Shown here one piece after another: positions 59,047-64,000 of a DNA stretch of 64,000 bases (position 1 is its first letter; each line of letters opens with the position of its first letter). Both the position numbers and the translations under genes were made by a program. Source of the DNA: Candidatus Poribacteria bacterium (GTDB lineage Bacteria; Abyssobacteria; SURF-5); assembly GCA_016215705.1 (NCBI GenBank), contig JACRIR010000209.1:16530-80529 (forward strand), read 5' to 3'. The notes below the pieces were generated by a model. It made no database searches. It had not been told where the DNA came from and worked only from the letters and a program-made list of their open reading frames with translations.

Positions 59047-60414
59047 TCACGTGGTTCCCTTACCCTTCGGCACGTATCCCAGCGGTGCGCCCGGTGGTAT
59101 GAGTGGCTCCTTTTGGACGCTCTCATTGAATTCGATGAGAAGCAGACCCATGTGGAACGCCACCCACGAATGGAGATGCGGATAATTGAGCCGTTTTCTC
59201 TCCTTCGGATCTACGATAAGGTTTACAAGATTCGGGTTGGGGATCGGCAAAGCAGGATCTGTATAGTATCGCTGCTCCATTAGCTTCACCTTGAAATTAC
59301 GCCACTTCGCGCCGTAGAGGGTGGGGCCGTTCCAAAAAAGAAACCCCTCACGGTTGGAATTCTCCTGCCCGCCTTCAAAGAACGCCCGCTGATCCACCCC
59401 GTCAATCACCCGGTCCGTCGGCGGCTCACAGCCCGCCCATCTGAGCAGAGTCGCGAACATATCGGTGATGTGAACGACTTCGTTGCTCTGCCGGCCAGCA
59501 GGCACCCTGCCCGGATAGCGAATCAAACACGGCGTTCGCAGCGAGCCTTCCATCCCCGTGAAATACGAGCCCTCGAAGAACCCGGCAGTGCCTCGCCAGG
59601 GCTCTTTCTCCTCGGGACCATTGTCGCCGGAGAACACCACAATCGTGTTGTCGGCGACTCCGAGTTCATCCAGGTAGTCGAGCAGCACGCCAAAATCCGA
59701 GTCGAGCTCGAGCATGGAATCGGCGAAGTTGTCATTGCCCGTCTTCCCTTTGAATTCGTCGCGCGGGACCGTCGGGAAATGCAGCATCGAGTGGCAGAAG
59801 TAGAGAAAGAAGGGTTTGTCCGCGTTGACGCTCTGCTTAAGGAAGGCCTTGGCGCGCTTCATGTACTCGACGTCGATATTGCGGCGAGCCTCGATGGTCA
59901 GTTGCTCGACCGCCCGTATGTCTTCTCCTTTGCGGCCTTCGAGAACGTATGAAATAGGGTCGCGCTTCGGGTCATACCACGGGTCATCCGGCCAGAGAGA
60001 CTCGTCGTAGCTGCGCGGTATGCCGTACCATTCGTCGAAACCATGCTCAATCGGCCACCGCCCTTTCTCTGCGCCGATGTGCCATTTGCCATAAAGCGCC
60101 GTGGCGTAACCCGCCTCGGACAAAATGTCGCCCATTGTTCGCTCCCACGCAACAATGCCTCCGCTCGTGCCCGCGAGTGCTACCGTATGTGTGCCCGAGC
60201 GAATGGAATAGCGGCCTGTCATTAACGCCGAGCGGGTGGGCGTGCACTGCGCCTCTGGCGCAAAGTTGAGAAGCTTGATCCCTTCGGTGGCGAATTGATC
60301 GAGGCGGCGTGTCTCAACTCCTCGCAAAATCCCGCCCCCGTAGCAACCCAGTTCGCCGAATCCGAGGTTGTCGCACAAGAAATAGACAATGTTCGGACGT
60401 TTGGGATGTTCCAT
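59047..60414 (-). CDS. Formylglycine-dependent sulfatase (arylsulfatase family)
   Basis: 455 aa; NIVYFLCDNLG and C-T-P-T-R FGly motif (AQCTPTRSALMTGRY). Confidence 0.9.
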   Translation of the reverse strand: MEHPKRPNIVYFLCDNLGFGELGCYGGGILRGVETRRLDQFATEGIKLLNFAPEAQCTPTRSALMTGRYSIRSGTHTVALAGTSGGIVAWERTMGDILSEAGYATALYGKWHIGAEKGRWPIEHGFDEWYGIPRSYDESLWPDDPWYDPKRDPISYVLEGRKGEDIRAVEQLTIEARRNIDVEYMKRAKAFLKQSVNADKPFFLYFCHSMLHFPTVPRDEFKGKTGNDNFADSMLELDSDFGVLLDYLDELGVADNTIVVFSGDNGPEEKEPWRGTAGFFEGSYFTGMEGSLRTPCLIRYPGRVPAGRQSNEVVHITDMFATLLRWAGCEPPTDRVIDGVDQRAFFEGGQENSNREGFLFWNGPTLYGAKWRNFKVKLMEQRYYTDPALPIPNPNLVNLIVDPKERKRLNYPHLHSWVAFHMGLLLIEFNESVQKEPLIPPGAPLGYVPKGKGTT

Positions 60415-60436
60415 GGTTTCTCTCCCGTCTCTCGAC

Positions 60437-60503
60437 TAACCATGAACCACTAACCACTAACCACTAACCACTAACCATAAACCATGAACCATGAACCATG
60501 AAC
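60437..60503. repeat. Heptamer SSR array (CTAACCA x5, then TGAACCA x3) directly upstream of the sulfatase gene
   Basis: ctaaccatgaaccactaaccactaaccactaaccactaaccataaaccatgaaccatgaaccatgaact. Confidence 0.85.
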
Positions 60504-60545
60504 TCCGCGCGCTCCGCGCGGCTTCCTTTCGTCTTTCGCCTTCTA

Positions 60546-61919
60546 TTATCCGTGACAGCGCTTGAACTTAAGTCCGCTGCCGCATGGGCAAGGGTCGTTT
60601 CGGCCTGCTTTCGCGAGCTTTGCCTTCAGTCGGGCATCTTCCACTGCAAGCATTTGCATGACTTCTGCTGGCGCGCGCCGTTGCTTCAAGAGTTCTGCCA
60701 TGAGCTTCATCGGGCGGGCGATGTGCGTAAAGAATGCTTTCAAACCGGCGCATAAGTAATTGAGTCCGGTGGCGCCGTCCGGTGTTTCGCAAAACCGGTT
60801 TTTCGGGCACTCCCCATTGCAGGCAAACAACACGACACATTCACGGCAACAGCGGGGGAGAGCGTCTCGTTTGTCCAGCCCGAACCTGTGCTGCTTGTCT
60901 GAAGCTGCAAGCTCAATCAGCGGCTGCTCCATGATGTTGCCAAGGTAATGCTTCGGTTCCACAAAATGATCGCAGGAATAAAGGTCGCCGTTATGTTCCA
61001 AAACCATAGCGAACCCGCAGGTCGAAGCCGTTGTGCATATGGCGGACGGCGCTCCTGCCCACGACGCAAGCGCTGCGTCAAAATGGTTCACGAAAATACG
61101 ACCTACGTCCTTTTGGATCCATTCGTCAAAGATTGCGCATAGAAAACGGCCGTACTGCTCAGGCCCGACCGACCGTTCCGTGACCGTGTTACCCTCCACG
61201 AATCCCGTCTCATTGTCTCGCTCGACAATTGGAATGAACTGGATAAAGCGTGCGCCGACCTCATCACGAAAGAACTTGTAGACTTCCACCGAATGATCGG
61301 CATTAGCCGCATTGACTGTGGCCAGGATATTGAATTCCACTTTGTGCTGATGCATCACCTGAACGGCTCGCATCACTTTGTCGAATACCGGCCTCCCTGT
61401 TTTGTCCATCCTGTAGGCGTCATGCAGTTCCCTCGGTCCATCGAGGCTGAGGCCGACTAGAAACTGGTGCTCATGGAAGAAGCGAAGCCATTCCTCGTCG
61501 AGAAGGACGCCGTTCGTCTGAATGGTGTTCTGAATGGCAACGCCGGACTTTAGATGTTTTCTTTCGTACTCGATGGACTTGCGGAAGAAATCGAGTCCCA
61601 TCAACGTCGGCTCGCCACCCTGCCACGCAATAGTGACGGACTGCTCGCCGCAAGCCTCTATCACCTGGCGGATATAGCTCTCAAGTACCGCGTCGCCCAT
61701 CCGGAAATTGCTCCCCGGGTACAGATTCTCCTTCTTCAAGAAAAAGCAATACTGGCATCCCAGGTTGCAGACTGCGCCCGTAGGCTTCGCCATGATGTGA
61801 AAAGGAGTGTCAGCCACAGAGTCCACCGGGACAACCGAGTTCTTAATCGAAATTGCGCATATGAATTCCCGCCCGCATATCCGCGGTTGCTGCACAACCG
61901 AAGAGATTGGATAATCCAA
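60546..61919 (-). CDS. Anaerobic sulfatase-maturating enzyme (radical SAM/SPASM, anSME)
   Basis: 457 aa; FHIMAKPTGAVCNLGCQYCFF radical-SAM CxxxCxxC; C-terminal SPASM cysteines; lies between two sulfatase genes. Confidence 0.85.
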   Translation of the reverse strand: MDYPISSVVQQPRICGREFICAISIKNSVVPVDSVADTPFHIMAKPTGAVCNLGCQYCFFLKKENLYPGSNFRMGDAVLESYIRQVIEACGEQSVTIAWQGGEPTLMGLDFFRKSIEYERKHLKSGVAIQNTIQTNGVLLDEEWLRFFHEHQFLVGLSLDGPRELHDAYRMDKTGRPVFDKVMRAVQVMHQHKVEFNILATVNAANADHSVEVYKFFRDEVGARFIQFIPIVERDNETGFVEGNTVTERSVGPEQYGRFLCAIFDEWIQKDVGRIFVNHFDAALASWAGAPSAICTTASTCGFAMVLEHNGDLYSCDHFVEPKHYLGNIMEQPLIELAASDKQHRFGLDKRDALPRCCRECVVLFACNGECPKNRFCETPDGATGLNYLCAGLKAFFTHIARPMKLMAELLKQRRAPAEVMQMLAVEDARLKAKLAKAGRNDPCPCGSGLKFKRCHG

Positions 61920-61940
61920 AATCTAAAATCCAGGACGGAC

Positions 61941-63578
61941 TTATGTCTTCCATCCCCTCGGATTCTTGAGGAATTCGTTTTCCCACCGTTTCATCAGTTC
62001 CAGCATCTGTCTTCCGACGTCCGGATACTTCTTAATAAGATTATAACTTTCTCCGGAGTCCATCTCCAAATTATATAGCAACGGCCACGAGCCGAGCGCG
62101 GGGACCGAAATATCCGTTCCTTTTGGCCTATACTCGTACCCGCCCGCTATGCCGCCAAATGTGGTGTGAGGTTTGTCCAGTGGAACCGGCCACACGTACG
62201 AATTGATGTATCGGAAATACTTCCATTTCCCCGCCCTCACACCCTCGAGCTCGTTGTAATGGAAAAAGAACAGAGCCTCATGAGGCGACTCTGTCTCGGC
62301 GCCTGTAAGAAGGTCCCAGATGTTCTTCCCGTCAATTTCGCGGTCAGTCGGCAGTTCCAGTCCGGCCAGAGACATAAACGTCGGATAGAAATCTATATTC
62401 ATTGAAGGCGCTCCGCAAGTACTCCCTGCCGCGATTCTTCCCGGCCACCTGGCTATGAGCGGAACCCGATAGCCTCCCTCGAAACTCTGGCCCTTTCTTC
62501 CCCTCAAGCTGCCGGGACTGCCGGCATACCACGGGCCGTTGTCGCTGGTGAAAAGGACAAGTGTGTCCTCCTCCAACCCGTTTCTCTGCAGGCAATTCAT
62601 GATCTCGCCGACGCTCCAGTCAACCTCTTCAATCGTGTCTCCAAGTCGGCCTCCCTCAGATTTGTCCTGAAATCTCTCGGACGGGATGCAAGGCTGGTGC
62701 GGGTCCTTATGGCACAAATACAGAAAGAAAGGCTTATCCTTGGAACGCTCTATGAATTGTATCGCCTCGTCGGTAAAAACGCCGGTGTATTGCCCCTGCT
62801 CGATGCCGACATCCTTCACGACTTCTTTCTCGTTTCGCCAGAAAGCAACCGGCCATTCGTCGTTCGCACTATTGAAGCCGGTGTAGTAATCGAACCCGTG
62901 TTTGCTCGGCAAATACTCCGGGCGCTCAGTGAAATCTCCTAGATGCCACTTCCCGATGCATGCGGTTTGGTACCCGACAATCTTCAGCGCTTCGGCAATC
63001 GTGATCTCGGACGCCGGAAGACCGCTCACAAGACTCTCTGCTCCCTGCAAATCCAAAGCGCCCAGTGAGCCAAACGCGGTTCCCGCGCCCCTCCGCAATT
63101 TTCTGAGAAATGTATCCCTTCCCGGATGAATCGGGAACGTCACGCCGGTCCGGTGCGGATACCGGCCGGTCAGAAGTCCCGCGCGCGAAGGCGAACACAA
63201 AGCGTTTGATGAATAAAAGTCCGTGAAGCGCATTCCATCATTCGACATTTGGTCGATGTGCGGCGTCTTGAGGACCTTGCCGCCATAGCACCCCAGATCG
63301 CCGTACCCCAAGTCATCGGTCAGAATCACAATGATATTCGGCCTTTTGCCGCTGAATCCCTGAACCTCTTTGATCACGTTGCCGACCGGCAGCGCGTCTC
63401 TTTGAGGATCGATATAAGTATCCGGACCGAAAGCAAACCGTGCTCCAGGATTCTTCTTTCTTGAGGAGTTACAGTATAAACCAAGCCCCCCGAGCCCGAC
63501 CGCCGCTGCGCCCACTGCCCCAAGCTTCAATAACCGCCTTCTGCTCACCGGTTTTTTCCCCATGGATTCGTCTGACAC
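61941..63578 (-). CDS. Tat-exported formylglycine-dependent sulfatase
   Basis: 545 aa; twin-arginine signal SRRRLLKLGAVGAAAV; C-S-P-S-R motif (ALCSPSRAGLLTGRY). Confidence 0.9.
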   Translation of the reverse strand: MSDESMGKKPVSRRRLLKLGAVGAAAVGLGGLGLYCNSSRKKNPGARFAFGPDTYIDPQRDALPVGNVIKEVQGFSGKRPNIIVILTDDLGYGDLGCYGGKVLKTPHIDQMSNDGMRFTDFYSSNALCSPSRAGLLTGRYPHRTGVTFPIHPGRDTFLRKLRRGAGTAFGSLGALDLQGAESLVSGLPASEITIAEALKIVGYQTACIGKWHLGDFTERPEYLPSKHGFDYYTGFNSANDEWPVAFWRNEKEVVKDVGIEQGQYTGVFTDEAIQFIERSKDKPFFLYLCHKDPHQPCIPSERFQDKSEGGRLGDTIEEVDWSVGEIMNCLQRNGLEEDTLVLFTSDNGPWYAGSPGSLRGRKGQSFEGGYRVPLIARWPGRIAAGSTCGAPSMNIDFYPTFMSLAGLELPTDREIDGKNIWDLLTGAETESPHEALFFFHYNELEGVRAGKWKYFRYINSYVWPVPLDKPHTTFGGIAGGYEYRPKGTDISVPALGSWPLLYNLEMDSGESYNLIKKYPDVGRQMLELMKRWENEFLKNPRGWKT

Positions 63579-63673
63579 GAGAACCTCCTCTCTGAACCTC
63601 TTCTCCTTTCAGGCACAAACAAACTACACTATATCACATCGTCGTAAAGCAATAGAAGAAGACTGAAAAACAA

Positions 63674-63723
63674 GGGTGTGCGACATAAGAATTGGTCAAG
63701 ACCGCCTTTTATGTCGCACACCC
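63674..63723. promoter_or_regulatory. 15-bp perfect inverted repeat (gggtgtgcgacataa / ttatgtcgcacaccc) ~100-145 bp upstream of the sulfatase operon start; candidate operator
   Basis: Read directly from the sequence; 20-nt spacer between arms. Confidence 0.4.
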
Positions 63724-64000
63724 GAAGAACAAATGGAAACGAATCAGCAGAATTATTCGATCACTGAGCTTGACTCAAACCTTCCAGATGCGGTAATATG
63801 GTTATACATGGAAAACAATATTGTCTCACCTTATCAATTGCGAAATTAGCCTGTAGCATATTTGGAGAAATGAAGTCAAACCTGTTTAAGCCTTCTCAAG
63901 GAGGCGTTTTCCTTGCCGAAGGCCGGTCAGGATGACTTCCAAAAAGAACATGTTTCATATTGATTCAATGAACCTTGGCCGCTTCTTGCACAAAAGGACG

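Overview
Bacterial chromosomal window, roughly 55-58% GC, with frequent TTG/GTG start codons and two dispersed intergenic repeat families. 1-5.3 kb is a housekeeping block: a partial TetR regulator, four clustered tRNAs (Gly-GCC, Arg-TCG, Lys-CTT, Leu-TAG), tig-clpP-clpX and engB. 5.5-12.7 kb is accessory. It holds a DUF362 protein, a GT39/ArnT-like membrane glycosyltransferase carrying in-frame G/C homopolymer tracts and minisatellites, a small GIY-YIG nuclease gene bracketed by inverted arrays of a 21-bp repeat, archaeal-type shikimate entry genes (3-dehydroquinate synthase II plus ADH synthase) and a GH32/GH68-like beta-propeller protein. 12.8-18.1 kb is a signalling module: a CheB methylesterase gene overlapping a CheR-PAS protein with 'EELQxxNEEL' heptad repeats, followed by a PAS/GAF histidine kinase with a matching N-terminal coiled coil. 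18.4-19.7 kb is tatA-tatC-tatB. 19.7-50.1 kb is a very large glycan-assembly island. It contains six GT-C-fold membrane glycosyltransferases (2x GT39/ArnT-like, 2x YfhO-like, 2x TMTC/PMT-like, one with TPR repeats), two polyprenyl-phosphate-sugar GT2 synthases, four GT4 enzymes, a Wzx-like flippase, a UDP-sugar 6-dehydrogenase and seven SAM methyltransferases (two with Zn ribbons). It also holds an AAC(3)-like acyltransferase, a QW-repeat alpha/alpha-toroid protein and a sulfatase-like alkaline-phosphatase-superfamily enzyme. 50.4-64 kb carries HU/IHF, thiE, a MacAB-type adaptor/ATPase/2-permease efflux set, an AsmA/TamB-like protein and a minus-strand Tat-sulfatase -> anaerobic sulfatase maturase -> sulfatase operon. 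No rRNA or CRISPR array was seen. The GT-C-rich methylating glycosylation island, the phase-variation-like intragenic repeats in the GT39 gene and the repeat-bracketed GIY-YIG cassette are the most notable items.
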